Of a stretch of DNA of 64,000 nucleotides, positions 1-10,785 are shown piece by piece. Position 1 is the first letter of the stretch. Each line of letters begins with the position of its first letter. The notes below the pieces were generated by a model. That model had not been told where the DNA came from, searched no databases, and saw only the letters and a program-made list of their open reading frames with translations. This stretch comes from an uncultured SAR86 cluster bacterium (lineage in GTDB: Bacteria > Pseudomonadota > Gammaproteobacteria > Magnimaribacterales > D2472). The DNA is taken from positions 1,478 to 65,477 of the forward strand of contig CACBQK010000002.1 in the NCBI GenBank assembly GCA_902541365.1, written 5' to 3'. The translations under genes were made by a program, and so were the position numbers.

Positions 1-1
1 T

Positions 2-655
2 GGTAATGGGCGTTGGGCAAAAAAAAATAATCTTCAAATTAAAGAAGGCCATGCTAGGGGAGTTTCAGCACTAAAGGAAATAGTTAAGGAATCAGTTAAT
101 CAAAATATTGAATCCCTCACGGTGTATGCATTTAGCACGGAAAATTGGAAAAGACCAAAGTCTGAAGTCAAAGCCATAAATAATCTTATTATTAATAGTA
201 TTAATAATGAGCTGGATGAGTTAATTGAGCAACAGGTAAAAGTAAGATTTTTTGGCGATTATTCTAATTTTGGAAAAAAAACTTATGAAAAGATCAAATT
301 TGCTGAAGAGAAATCTTTCAGCAATAAACCTAAACTTAGACTGAATGTAGCTCTTGGTTATGGTGGTAAAATGGATATTATTAATATCGCTAGAGAGGTA
401 TCTAGATTGAAAATAAAAGCATCCAATATCGATGAACATACAATAAGTGAATTATCGCAAGTTCCTGAATCCAATATTGATTTATTGATAAGAACTGGAG
501 GAGATACAAGGATTAGCAATTTTCTTTTATATCAAATAGCTTATTCTGAGATCCATTTTGTAAAAAAACTTTGGCCAGATTACTCAAAACAGGATTTTAA
601 AAGAAACATAAACAAATATTTAAATTCGGAGCGAAGATTCGGTGAGCGAACTTAA
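2..655 (+). CDS. uppS: Undecaprenyl diphosphate synthase (5'-partial, begins before the window)
   Basis: The frame from base 2 reads GNGRWA...GH...VYAFSTENWKRP, then DLLIRTGG and RISNFLLYQIAYSE. It is the first gene of the uppS-cdsA-dxr order. Confidence 0.97.
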   Translation, partial: GNGRWAKKNNLQIKEGHARGVSALKEIVKESVNQNIESLTVYAFSTENWKRPKSEVKAINNLIINSINNELDELIEQQVKVRFFGDYSNFGKKTYEKIKFAEEKSFSNKPKLRLNVALGYGGKMDIINIAREVSRLKIKASNIDEHTISELSQVPESNIDLLIRTGGDTRISNFLLYQIAYSEIHFVKKLWPDYSKQDFKRNINKYLNSERRFGERT

Positions 656-1469
656 GCAGGAATTTTTAAAGCGTTCAACAACTTCAATTTTCATTTCAGT
701 TGTTGTTATTTCTTTGATACTTTACTCATCAAATCTGATTTTGAATATTTTTATATCTATTCTTTCTTTGGCCTTACTCCTCGAATGGATGTCAGTTTTA
801 AAATCAAGTAATAAAAAGAGATCGATTTTTTTAATGTTGTTTATTGTTTTAATTGCCTTCAATCACTATTTTGGTGGATTGTTTCAACCTATATCATTTA
901 TAACTATGTTGGGGATAACAGTTTGGATTGTAGTTGCTTATCAAATTTTCTTAAAGCATGGGCGCTTATCTTCAAATTTTGCATTTAATAATTTTTGGAT
1001 TGGTTTGCTTTTAGTAATAACTTTTTGTTTAGTTTGTTTTCAATTAGTCACCGGATCCAGAATATTTCTATTAGCAGTTATTTTTAATATCGCAATTTTT
1101 GACACTGGTGCATATATTATTGGAAAAAATTTTGGAAGAAATTCATTTCTACCCAAGCTAAGCCCCAATAAGACAATCGAAGGTTTAATAGGTGGTTTCA
1201 TATCGAGTATATTTTTCATTATTTGTGCATTTTTGTTCCTAGAAGAAGTTTCTCTTCCACTAGCATTAACATTGATTTTTGCAATCCCATTTGCATTATG
1301 TGGGGACTATTTTTTTAGCTTTTTAAAAAGAAAGGCAGATGTTAAAGATACTGGAAATATTCTCCCTGGGCATGGAGGCTTGCTCGACAGGCTTGACTCT
1401 CACCTAGCGGCTATACCAATGACTTTATTTTTTTCTCTTCTCTTACATACGATAGGATCATACTTTTGA
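642..1469 (+). CDS. cdsA: Phosphatidate cytidylyltransferase
   Basis: Multi-TM protein with DTGAYIIGK, SPNKTIEG and KD-G-ILPGHGGLLDRLDS motifs; synteny. Confidence 0.96.
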   Translation: MSELKQEFLKRSTTSIFISVVVISLILYSSNLILNIFISILSLALLLEWMSVLKSSNKKRSIFLMLFIVLIAFNHYFGGLFQPISFITMLGITVWIVVAYQIFLKHGRLSSNFAFNNFWIGLLLVITFCLVCFQLVTGSRIFLLAVIFNIAIFDTGAYIIGKNFGRNSFLPKLSPNKTIEGLIGGFISSIFFIICAFLFLEEVSLPLALTLIFAIPFALCGDYFFSFLKRKADVKDTGNILPGHGGLLDRLDSHLAAIPMTLFFSLLLHTIGSYF

Positions 1470-2614
1470 AAAAGATTTTTATTCTTGGTGCTTCAGGGAG
1501 TATAGGTGAAAATGCTCTATCTGTTATCGATTCAAATAAAGAAAAGTTTGAACTCATAGGTATTTCGGTTAACAGTAATGTCGAAAAGGCTAATCAGATT
1601 ATAAAAAAATATAGTCCAAAGTATATTTACATATTCGACAAATTAGCTAAAGATAATTTACTAAAAACTGAAAACGCGGTTATTTTTGAAGATGAGAAAG
1701 AGCTTTCTGATGTTTTCAACTCAACAGATGTTGATATAATAATTTCAGCCATTTCAGGCTTTGCTGGAATTAAGTCGACTTTCCATGCAGCAAAATCAGG
1801 TAAAAAAATTCTTCTTGCAAACAAAGAAAGCATTGTTGCAGGAGGATCACTATTAATGAAAATGGTAAGAGAAAATAATACCGAGCTTGTTCCAATTGAT
1901 AGTGAGCATAATGCTATCTTCCAGTGTTTACCTGAATCAAAATCAACTGAAGATGTTAAGCAAATAATTATTACCGCTTCAGGAGGGCCATTTCACGGGA
2001 AGAATATAGATGAGCTTAATGATATCGGAGTCCAAGATGCGCTGAAGCACCCTAACTGGAAAATGGGAGCAAAGATTTCTATTGACTCAGCAACTCTTGT
2101 AAATAAGTGCTTGGAACTTATTGAAGCGTGCTACCTATTTAATATGGATGAAAACTTTTTCGAGCTTATAATTCATCCTGAGAGCATAATCCATTCTATA
2201 GTTACGTTTAAAGATGGATCTTCAATTTGCCAAATGAGTAATCCAGATATGAGAGTACCTATTGCTAATGCACTGTCACATGAAAAGAGACTTTCAATTC
2301 CATTTCAGCCAATTAATTTTAATAATCTTAAGCTAAACTTTGAAAGCTTTCCAAATGATAGGGCTGAAATTGTTAATTTGGCTAGAGAGGTTGTTCGAGA
2401 AGACAGCTCAAAGGGAATTTATTTTAACGCTGCTAATGAGGTTGCAGTTGAAAATTTTTTAAAGGATAGGATTAAATTTAGAGAAATATATGAAGTAATT
2501 TTGCGAACTTTTGATACAAAAGAGATGTCAAAGTTTAATAGTATTGAAGATATTTTTGAAATTGATCAGGAGGCACGCAATATATCTAATATGGTGATAA
2601 AATCACTAATTTGA
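1466..2614 (+). CDS. dxr: 1-deoxy-D-xylulose 5-phosphate reductoisomerase
   Basis: ILGASGSIG, LANKES, PIDSEHNAIFQ, TASGGPF and HPNWKMGAKISIDSATL motifs; TTG start. Confidence 0.98.
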   Translation: MKKIFILGASGSIGENALSVIDSNKEKFELIGISVNSNVEKANQIIKKYSPKYIYIFDKLAKDNLLKTENAVIFEDEKELSDVFNSTDVDIIISAISGFAGIKSTFHAAKSGKKILLANKESIVAGGSLLMKMVRENNTELVPIDSEHNAIFQCLPESKSTEDVKQIIITASGGPFHGKNIDELNDIGVQDALKHPNWKMGAKISIDSATLVNKCLELIEACYLFNMDENFFELIIHPESIIHSIVTFKDGSSICQMSNPDMRVPIANALSHEKRLSIPFQPINFNNLKLNFESFPNDRAEIVNLAREVVREDSSKGIYFNAANEVAVENFLKDRIKFREIYEVILRTFDTKEMSKFNSIEDIFEIDQEARNISNMVIKSLI

Positions 2615-2621
2615 AACACTA

Positions 2622-3956
2622 ATGATTACTTTAATTGCTTTTATAATTCTTTTGGGAGTCCTCGTTGTAATTCATGAGGGCGGTCATTTCTTTGTTCTAA
2701 GAATGTGTAAAGTACACGTTGATAGGTTTTCAGTTGGCATGGGCCCAGTTATTTTTAAAAAGAAAGATAAAAAAGGTACAGAATTTGCTCTATCAGCATT
2801 ACCGCTTGGTGGTTATGTGTCTTATTTATCAAAGAAAGCTTTAGATGCTGAACCGGAAATGAAAAAAAATTTTACTCCTGAACAATTAGATAACTTATTC
2901 GAAACCAAGCCGAAGTGGCAAAGAGCAGCTGTGATGTTTGCAGGTCCTCTTGCTAATTTTATACTTGCGGTAATTATATTCACTTTTATATTTTCATTTC
3001 AGCAAACAGTAAAACCGATTTTTCTTGTTGAAGATGAATATGTTTCTAGTTCTTCAATATCTGGTGATATCAATAATAACGATATTCTTGTTTCCATAAA
3101 TGGTGAGAAAATATCAAATCCTACAGAATATAGGCTTGCATTATTAGCTAATGCTGGCCTTACAGGCGATATAAAAGCAGGTTTTTTAAATGCTCAAAGT
3201 AATGAGGCATACTATAGAAATATAAGTGTTGTAGATTTTTTAAGTAATTCAGAGCAACAACAAGAACCAGAAAATTTTTTCCCGATTGAAATAAAATCTT
3301 ATATATCTCCAGAAATTGGCTCACTTTCAAGACAAGGACCAGCATCACTTGCTGGCGTTATGGCAGGTGACAAAATTCTAGAAATAGATGGTAAAAGGGT
3401 AAACCATTTTTCGGAGGTCTCAGACATCCTTATAGCTTCATCTAATAGCAGTGTTAATCTTGTAATTCAAAGAAAAGGAGAAATAAAAAACTTTTACATT
3501 AATACTGAGATTTCTGAAGATGGTACTCCAATCCTTGGCATCTCGGCAGCATACAAAAGATCTATTACCGAGGCTTTCGTAAAGTCTGTCAAAGATACTT
3601 ATAATCTGAGTGTAAAAACACTCCTGTTTATAGGAAAAATGATTACTGGAAATATGGGTGCAGAAAATCTTAGCGGTCCTGTTGGAATTGCAAAAATGTC
3701 TGGGGAGGCATTTAGTGCAGGCTTCTTACCTTTCTTATATTTAATGGCTATTTTAAGTATTAGTTTAGGAGTATTGAATTTGCTCCCAATTCCTGTTTTA
3801 GATGGCGGGCAATTGACCATGCTTGCTATAGAGGCAATAAGAGGCGAACCCCTGCCAACTAGAGTTGAAAACTTTACATATACTATTGGTGCATTAATGG
3901 TAGGATTTCTTCTTGTATTTGCTGTTACAAACGATATTTTTAGGTGGTTAGCTTGA
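2622..3956 (+). CDS. rseP: RIP intramembrane metalloprotease RseP
   Basis: HEGGH zinc motif, AGPLANF, PDZ region, LNLLPIPVLDGG. Confidence 0.97.
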   Translation: MITLIAFIILLGVLVVIHEGGHFFVLRMCKVHVDRFSVGMGPVIFKKKDKKGTEFALSALPLGGYVSYLSKKALDAEPEMKKNFTPEQLDNLFETKPKWQRAAVMFAGPLANFILAVIIFTFIFSFQQTVKPIFLVEDEYVSSSSISGDINNNDILVSINGEKISNPTEYRLALLANAGLTGDIKAGFLNAQSNEAYYRNISVVDFLSNSEQQQEPENFFPIEIKSYISPEIGSLSRQGPASLAGVMAGDKILEIDGKRVNHFSEVSDILIASSNSSVNLVIQRKGEIKNFYINTEISEDGTPILGISAAYKRSITEAFVKSVKDTYNLSVKTLLFIGKMITGNMGAENLSGPVGIAKMSGEAFSAGFLPFLYLMAILSISLGVLNLLPIPVLDGGQLTMLAIEAIRGEPLPTRVENFTYTIGALMVGFLLVFAVTNDIFRWLA

Positions 3957-6376
3957 AGAGCATATTTAAAAATCTGATCACTCTGTTCTTGATACTAAAT
4001 ATTAATTTTATTGAAGCATTTGAAGCATTTATTGTTAATGATATTCGTATAGCTGGCCTTCAAAGAGTTTCAACTGGAAGCATCTTTAATACTATTCCAA
4101 TATCTGTTGGTGATAAGATCGACGAACGTAAAGTCGTAGATATATCAAAAGCCCTTTTTGCTACAGAACAGTTTGATGATATTCAAATTGGTCGTGATGG
4201 AAACTCTTTAATAATTACTGTTGCAGAGAGACCATCAATATCCTCAATTGATATCTCAGGTAATAGCGCGCTTAAAACTGAAGTATTACTAGAAAGCTTT
4301 GATGGTATAGGTATTACAGAGGGACAGGTTTATAAAAGATCTACATTGGAAAAAATGAGGGCTGAATTAGTAAGATCATATTCTTCTCAAGGAAGATATG
4401 GAGCAGGTGTTGAGATTTATGAGACTACTCAGCCAAGAAACAGAGTCTCAATTGCTATTCAAATTGATGAGGGTGAGAGCGCTCAAATCGATAGAGTAAC
4501 AATTCTTGGTAACAAAATCTTTAGTGATGACGACTTGTTAGATGTTATGGAATTGAGTGAGGGAAGTTGGCTATCTTTTTTAACAAATGATAATCAGTAT
4601 TCAAGAGAAAAGTTACAGGGTGATATTGAGAACTTAGAATCATTTTATTTGGATAGAGGCTATCTTCAGTTTGCAATTGAATCAAGTCAGGTAAGTATTT
4701 CCAGAGACAGGAATAGTATATATATAACTTATATAATTTCAGAAGGCCCACAGTTCATTATTAATGAAGTAAAGATTATTGGAGATCTACCCTTAAATTC
4801 TGACATAGTTGATCCAATAATTAATACTCAAAATGATGTGATTTATTCTCAAGCACAAATTACTCAAATTGAAGAAATCTTTACAAGTCTTTTAGGTAAT
4901 GAGGGATATGCATTTGCATCAGTAAAAGGTCAACCATCAATTAATGAAGACTTACTCGAGGTTGATTTAAGTTTTGTTGTTGAGCCAGGCAAAAGAACTT
5001 ATGCAAGAAAAATTTTATTTGAAGGAAATCAGATTACACAAGATGATGTTTTAAGAAGGGAAATGCGTCAATTTGAAGGTGCTTGGGCATCTGATGACAA
5101 GATAGAACAATCCAGGGTTAGGTTAGAGAGACTTGGTTTTTTTAAAGATGTAAATGTTGAGACTATTCCAGTTCCTGGAACAGATGACCAAATAGATATT
5201 AAATTTAGGGTTGAAGAGGAGACAACAGGAAATGTTGGCGGAAATCTTGGTTACAGTGATTTTGGATTAATGATTGGATTTAATTTACAAGAAAGAAATT
5301 TTCTTGGAAGCGGGAACTCTGTAGGAATTGCTATTAACAAAAGTATCTACCAGGAGGTTTATAACATATCTTTTTATGATCCATACTTTACCATTGATGG
5401 AGTAAGTAGGGGATATAACCTCTACTATAGAAAGACAGATTATGGTGAATTTAATATTGCAAATTACACAGCCGACTCACAAGGGTTAGGAATTCAATTT
5501 GGATACCCCATTTCAGATACTCAAAGAATTGGACTTAACCTTACATATGATTTTACTGATGTCGATCAGGGTACACTTCCAGTTAGGGATATACTCGATT
5601 TTCTATTAGAAGAGGGAAATTCGTTTAAGACACTATCTGCGCAAGCAGTATGGTCAAGAATAACACTAAATAGGGGAATGTTTCCAACTGATGGAGCATC
5701 TACAGAAGCTTTGTTCCTAGCCACAATTCCAGTAAGCGATATCAACTATTACAAATTAAATATCAGACAAAAGTATTATGAACCTTTAGGTTTTTGGGAT
5801 CTTGTTTTTGGTTTTCAAGGAGAAATTGGATATCTAGCGCCATACGGAGATACAAATAATGTTCCTTTTTTTCAACACTTTTATGCTGGGGGTCCAAGAT
5901 CACTTAGAGGATTTGAATCGAATACTTTGGGGCCAAGAGCAACTCCCTCACCATGTTATCAGTTTGATTCAGTTAATGATTTGTGTCCACCCCTTATAGA
6001 CTCTAATTTCGATGGTGTTCCTGATACACCCGCTTATAATCAAAGTATTGTTTACCAAAGAGATGACCCAATCGGAGGAGATGTAAAAATTGAAGGAAGT
6101 ATGCAATTAATTTTCAAACTTCCTATGGTTGAAGATCAAAGATCAATGAGATCTGCACTATTTTTTGACTTTGGTAATGTATTTGCAATGGAGTGTAGAG
6201 ACTATCAGGTTAGTTGCTATAAGCCTAGCTTTGACGAACTTAGATACTCTGTTGGTGTAGGGTTAACTTGGATTACTGGGTTTGGCCCAATGAGCTTTGC
6301 CATTTCAAAACCTTACAATGAAGACAGATATGAAAGGACGGAAGAGTTTCAATTTACTATAGGAACAGTGTTTTAA
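3944..6376 (+). CDS. bamA: Outer membrane protein assembly factor BamA (true start may be TTG at 3953)
   Basis: Signal peptide, POTRA repeats (IRIAGLQRVS, DDVLRREMRQFEG), loop-6 LRGFESNTLGPR, C-terminal FQFTIGTVF. Confidence 0.98.
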   Translation: MVSLKSIFKNLITLFLILNINFIEAFEAFIVNDIRIAGLQRVSTGSIFNTIPISVGDKIDERKVVDISKALFATEQFDDIQIGRDGNSLIITVAERPSISSIDISGNSALKTEVLLESFDGIGITEGQVYKRSTLEKMRAELVRSYSSQGRYGAGVEIYETTQPRNRVSIAIQIDEGESAQIDRVTILGNKIFSDDDLLDVMELSEGSWLSFLTNDNQYSREKLQGDIENLESFYLDRGYLQFAIESSQVSISRDRNSIYITYIISEGPQFIINEVKIIGDLPLNSDIVDPIINTQNDVIYSQAQITQIEEIFTSLLGNEGYAFASVKGQPSINEDLLEVDLSFVVEPGKRTYARKILFEGNQITQDDVLRREMRQFEGAWASDDKIEQSRVRLERLGFFKDVNVETIPVPGTDDQIDIKFRVEEETTGNVGGNLGYSDFGLMIGFNLQERNFLGSGNSVGIAINKSIYQEVYNISFYDPYFTIDGVSRGYNLYYRKTDYGEFNIANYTADSQGLGIQFGYPISDTQRIGLNLTYDFTDVDQGTLPVRDILDFLLEEGNSFKTLSAQAVWSRITLNRGMFPTDGASTEALFLATIPVSDINYYKLNIRQKYYEPLGFWDLVFGFQGEIGYLAPYGDTNNVPFFQHFYAGGPRSLRGFESNTLGPRATPSPCYQFDSVNDLCPPLIDSNFDGVPDTPAYNQSIVYQRDDPIGGDVKIEGSMQLIFKLPMVEDQRSMRSALFFDFGNVFAMECRDYQVSCYKPSFDELRYSVGVGLTWITGFGPMSFAISKPYNEDRYERTEEFQFTIGTVF

Positions 6377-6438
6377 AACTTTTTAGTGTTTTTTATTTAA
6401 TTTAATATAGAATATACGAACAAAAAAAGGGGCTCATT

Positions 6439-6972
6439 ATGAAAAAAACTTTTATATATACAGCATGCATAGCATTTTTTGGTTTCTTCTCTTTAACTAC
6501 ATTTGCTCAAAATGTGGCAGTGATTGATACCCAAGCAGCTATTCTTCAAACACAGGTTGCACAAGATGCTTTTAAAGCTCTTGAGGAAGAGAGCGAATAT
6601 GCATCCATGGTTGAAGATGCAAAAGAACTTCAAGCAGAGAGACAAAGTTTAGCTGAAACTCTTCAAAAAGATGCTGAGACTCTTTCAAATGAGGAAATTG
6701 CTGAATTACAAAAAGATATCCAAGAAAAATCTACAGATCTAGAATTTGTATTAGGAAAAATTCAAGCAAGACAAAATGAAACAGTTCAAGCTGTTGCTAC
6801 CCAACTTAATCCTGCCATGATGCAAATTATTAATGATTTAATTGTTGCAAAAAAGATTCAACTCCTTCTTGGAGCGGATAAGGCTCTTTATTTTGATGGG
6901 TCTGTCAGCATTACACAGCAAGTTACAGATGCGCTAGATGGAGCTGCAGTTGCAGAATCAGAAACTGACTAG
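6439..6972 (+). CDS. skp: Skp/OmpH periplasmic chaperone
   Basis: Signal peptide then VAVID, a long coiled coil and a C-terminal SITQQV; lies between bamA and lpxD. Confidence 0.88.
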   Translation: MKKTFIYTACIAFFGFFSLTTFAQNVAVIDTQAAILQTQVAQDAFKALEEESEYASMVEDAKELQAERQSLAETLQKDAETLSNEEIAELQKDIQEKSTDLEFVLGKIQARQNETVQAVATQLNPAMMQIINDLIVAKKIQLLLGADKALYFDGSVSITQQVTDALDGAAVAESETD

Positions 6973-7913
6973 TGTCTGGGTCAAAAAAAAAGCAATTCTC
7001 AATTAAATACATCTCCGAATATATCGATGCTTCGATTGACGGTGATGTTGATTTGGAAATAAATAAGATTTCTACAATTGAGGATGCAGAGCATGGATCC
7101 ATTACTTTTTTAGCAAACTCAAAATATAACAAGCTTATTGATACAACAAAAGCTTCAGCTGTAGTAGTAAAAAGCAAGATTAAGACAAATAAAAAGATCA
7201 CTTTTTTAGTTTGCGAAGATCCTTATCTTGCCTATGCAAAAATATCAAAACTTTTCAGTAACGAAGAAGATTTTAATCGAGGGATGATAAAAAATAATAC
7301 CTTTATTCATGATTCGGCAGTTTTAAAAGATGGTTCAGTAATTGGACCTAATGTTTTTATAGGAGAAAATTGTATTATTGGAGATAATACTGTTATTTAT
7401 CCCAATACAACTTTGCTTAGAGATGTTTCTATTGGTGATAATTGCAAAATATATCCTAATGCAATTTTAGGGTCAGATGGATTTGGTTTTGCACCATCTA
7501 AGGATGGGTATAAAAAGATTGAACAACTGGGATCGTTGGTAATCGGTGATAATGTTGAGGTAGGAGCTGGTTGTACTATTGATAGGGGGGCTATCTCAGA
7601 TACCATTATAGGTAATGGTGTGATTTTGGATAATCAGGTTCACATCGCACACAACGTGAGACTTGGAAATAATTCTGCAATCGCTGCGTCTTGCGCAATA
7701 GCTGGATCAACCAAAATTGGGAAGAATTTTAAAATGGGTGGATTATCCGGCGTCTTAGGCCACTTAGAAATATGTGATGATGTAACTGTTGGAGCTCACA
7801 CATTAATAACGAAAAGTATTAAATCATCTGGAAACTATATTGGCATAATGCCCGCACAACATTATTCGAATTGGTCTAAATCAGCAGTTTTTATAAAGAA
7901 AAGAGGTAAATAA
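6972..7913 (+). CDS. lpxD: UDP-3-O-acyl-glucosamine N-acyltransferase
   Basis: GSITFLAN, DPYLAYA, hexapeptide repeats, GSDGFGFA, IDRGA, LDNQVHIAHNV. Confidence 0.98.
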   Translation: MSGSKKKQFSIKYISEYIDASIDGDVDLEINKISTIEDAEHGSITFLANSKYNKLIDTTKASAVVVKSKIKTNKKITFLVCEDPYLAYAKISKLFSNEEDFNRGMIKNNTFIHDSAVLKDGSVIGPNVFIGENCIIGDNTVIYPNTTLLRDVSIGDNCKIYPNAILGSDGFGFAPSKDGYKKIEQLGSLVIGDNVEVGAGCTIDRGAISDTIIGNGVILDNQVHIAHNVRLGNNSAIAASCAIAGSTKIGKNFKMGGLSGVLGHLEICDDVTVGAHTLITKSIKSSGNYIGIMPAQHYSNWSKSAVFIKKRGK

Positions 7914-8354
7914 ATGATCCAGACAAAAGCAGATGTAATGAAATACCTTCCTCACAGAGAACCTTTTCTTTTCATAGATGAAGTGATATCTCTTTATGAA
8001 GGTGACAGAATTCATGCAAGGATGCATATTAAAGATAATGATATATTTTTAGAGGGCCATTTTCCTGGAAATCCAATTGTTCCAGGAGTAATACTTATTG
8101 AGGCAATGGGACAAGCAGCTGGCATACTAGGCTTTAAGACAATGGAAAAAACTCCAGACGAGGGATCAATATATGTAATTGCAGGAGTAGATAAAGCAAG
8201 ATTTCGCCAAAGAGTATTACCTGGTGATGATGTAGATATTTTCAGCAAGGTATTAGGAAGTACAAGAGGTATTTGGAAGTTTGAATGTTATGCTGAGGTT
8301 GGTGGTAAATTAGTATGTTCTGCTAATATATTGTGCGCAGAGAGAAATAAATAA
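7914..8354 (+). CDS. fabZ: 3-hydroxyacyl-ACP dehydratase
   Basis: LPHREPFLFID and GHFPGNPIVPGVILIEAMGQ. Confidence 0.98.
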   Translation: MIQTKADVMKYLPHREPFLFIDEVISLYEGDRIHARMHIKDNDIFLEGHFPGNPIVPGVILIEAMGQAAGILGFKTMEKTPDEGSIYVIAGVDKARFRQRVLPGDDVDIFSKVLGSTRGIWKFECYAEVGGKLVCSANILCAERNK

Positions 8355-9128
8355 ATGTCTATTCATGGCTCCTCAATAATTCATCCTAACGCAGAAATTG
8401 ATGATGATGTATTTATTGGACCATTTTGTACCGTTGGTGAAAGTGTAAAAATTAGTTCCGGTACAAAGCTTATTTCACACGTTGTTTTAAAAGGACCCAC
8501 ATCCGTTGGAAAAAATAATACCTTTTATCAGTTTTGCACAATTGGAGAAGATACACCCGACAAAAAGTTTGATGGCGAACAAACTACTCTTCAGATCGGA
8601 GATAACAATATATTTAGGGAGGGAGTCACTGTTCATAGGGGCACTGTCCAGGATAAAAGTACAACTAAAGTTGGAAGCAGGAATTTATTAATGGCATATG
8701 CTCATATAGCTCATGACTGTATTGTTGGTGATGATAATGTATTTGCAAATAATTCAGGTATAGCAGGTCATGTTATTGTTGGTAGCAACGTTACAATTGG
8801 TGCTTTAACTACAATACACCAATTCTGCCAAATAGGAGACTTTTCTTTTGCTGGAATGAATACATCAATAACAATGGATGTACCAGCATTTATAAAGGTT
8901 GCTTCAAATCCTGCTAGGGTAGTAGGGCTAAACTCTGTTGGTATGGAAAGAGGTGGAATTGACTCAGATACAATAAATATACTCAAAAAAGCATATAAAA
9001 TTATTTATAGAAAAGGCCTTAACTTAAAGGATGCCATTAAAAAAATTGAATCAATGAAGTGCGATCATAAAGAAATAAGTATACTTGTGGATTCACTGAA
9101 GTCATCTAAAAGAGGTATTCTAAGGTAG
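8355..9128 (+). CDS. lpxA: Acyl-ACP--UDP-GlcNAc O-acyltransferase
   Basis: Hexapeptide repeats, IFREGVTVHRGT, MAYAHIAHDCIVG, HQFC. Confidence 0.98.
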   Translation: MSIHGSSIIHPNAEIDDDVFIGPFCTVGESVKISSGTKLISHVVLKGPTSVGKNNTFYQFCTIGEDTPDKKFDGEQTTLQIGDNNIFREGVTVHRGTVQDKSTTKVGSRNLLMAYAHIAHDCIVGDDNVFANNSGIAGHVIVGSNVTIGALTTIHQFCQIGDFSFAGMNTSITMDVPAFIKVASNPARVVGLNSVGMERGGIDSDTINILKKAYKIIYRKGLNLKDAIKKIESMKCDHKEISILVDSLKSSKRGILR

Positions 9129-10244
9129 GTGAAAGATTCTATGAAGATAGGCATTGTTGCAGGAGAGCATTCCGGTGACATTTTAGGGGAAAGCCTTCTT
9201 AAAGCCTTAAAAAAAATAAAAAATATTAAAATTTTTGGAGTTGGCGGCCCAAAAATGGAGGCTCAGGGCCTCAAATCAGTATTTGACTTCAATAATTTAA
9301 ATATAATGGGCCTTGTAGATCCTATTCTTAATTATTCCAAGATCATGTCTTACAAGAATGATCTTTGTAATTTATTTATAAATAAAAAGATTGATGTTTT
9401 TATAGGTATAGATTCACCTGATTTTAATATGCAAATACAAAAGCAATTAAAGAAAATCTCAAAAATAAAAACAGTTCAACTTGTTACACCCTCTATTTGG
9501 GCCTGGAGAAAGGGGAGGCTAAATAATATCAGAAAATATACAGACCTCAGTGCATCATTATTTAAATTTGAACACGATTTTTATAAAAAACATGGTTTAA
9601 ATAATATTCTTTTAGGGCATCATTTTTCAGAACTTAAAGCAAACAAAACAGCAGATGTTTTAGAGAAATTTAAACTTGATAAAGAAAAAAAGTATATAAC
9701 CATTATGCCTGGAAGCAGGAATTCAGAAATAAAGAATATGATGCCAACTTATTCAGAATTTATGCAACTCTATGATGGCTTGAATGAAAATGCGCATTTT
9801 CTAATACCCGTCGTGAATCGGGATGATCTTGAACATATTGATTCATATTTAAGTGGCCTGAACATTAATTACACAATAGAGAAAAATGCTGCAAATGAGT
9901 TTTTGTCTTTATCAGAATTTTCTATTGTTACTTCTGGAACTGCTTCATTGCAATCTTGTGTTTTAGGAGCTCACCCAATTATTTGTTACAAAACATCATT
10001 TTTTAACCATTTCATTATTTCAAGAATGATTCAGACAGAAATAATCGGTCTACCAAATCTTCTTCTTTCGCAAAAATTTTTCCCTGAGTTGGTTCAAACA
10101 GCTTGTACACCCCAAAACATTCTTTTAGAAATACAAAAACTTAAAATTAATAAATTTTTACTTGATCAAAAGATTAACCTTATTATCAAAAATCTTAAAG
10201 GTGTTGGTTTTAATTCTTTGGCCCATGAAGTAACTATTTTATAA
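9129..10244 (+). CDS. lpxB: Lipid-A-disaccharide synthase
   Basis: IVAGEHSGDILG, IDSPDFN, PSIWAWR, MPGSRNSE, SGTASL, GLPNLL. Confidence 0.96.
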   Translation: MKDSMKIGIVAGEHSGDILGESLLKALKKIKNIKIFGVGGPKMEAQGLKSVFDFNNLNIMGLVDPILNYSKIMSYKNDLCNLFINKKIDVFIGIDSPDFNMQIQKQLKKISKIKTVQLVTPSIWAWRKGRLNNIRKYTDLSASLFKFEHDFYKKHGLNNILLGHHFSELKANKTADVLEKFKLDKEKKYITIMPGSRNSEIKNMMPTYSEFMQLYDGLNENAHFLIPVVNRDDLEHIDSYLSGLNINYTIEKNAANEFLSLSEFSIVTSGTASLQSCVLGAHPIICYKTSFFNHFIISRMIQTEIIGLPNLLLSQKFFPELVQTACTPQNILLEIQKLKINKFLLDQKINLIIKNLKGVGFNSLAHEVTIL

Positions 10245-10248
10245 ATAA

Positions 10249-10785
10249 ATGATTGCTGGTGTTGATGAGGTTGGTAGGGGCTGTCTTGCTGGTCCAGTAA
10301 TAGCTGCGTCTGTAATACTAAAGAGGCCAATTAAAGGCCTCATGGATTCAAAGAAACTTTCTTCAAAAAAAAGAGAGGAACTGAGTCAGATAATAATAGA
10401 AAATTCTATATTTGCCATAGGAGCTGCAGACAGCCAAGAGATTGATCAAATTAATATCTTACAAGCTTCCTTGTTAGCAATGCAGAGATCATTAGAAAAG
10501 CTAGATGTAAAACCAAAAAAAGTTTTAGTTGATGGTACTCATATTTTTGAAACTACAATTGAAATAGAGTCTATTGTGGGAGGAGATAATTTGATACCAT
10601 CAATTAGTGCAGCTTCTGTAGTTGCAAAAGTATATAGAGATAGGTTAATGACTGCGTATAGTAAAGAGTTTCCAAATTATGGATTTGATAAACATAAAGG
10701 ATATCCAACAAAACTGCATAAAGAAATGATTAAAAGATATGGATTTACAAAAATTCACAGAAGAACTTTTAAAGGTTTAAATTAA
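10249..10785 (+). CDS. rnhB: Ribonuclease HII
   Basis: IAGVDEVGRG, DSKKL, ISAASVVAKV, HKGYPT, HRRTF. Confidence 0.98.
   Translation: MIAGVDEVGRGCLAGPVIAASVILKRPIKGLMDSKKLSSKKREELSQIIIENSIFAIGAADSQEIDQINILQASLLAMQRSLEKLDVKPKKVLVDGTHIFETTIEIESIVGGDNLIPSISAASVVAKVYRDRLMTAYSKEFPNYGFDKHKGYPTKLHKEMIKRYGFTKIHRRTFKGLN

Noticed and set aside
6983-6992. In-phase A_AAA_AAG heptamer near the lpxD start
   Set aside because: The -1 frame stops after a few codons (GCA ATT CTC AAT TAA). It shows such heptamers arise by chance here, which is also a caveat for the GH84 site.
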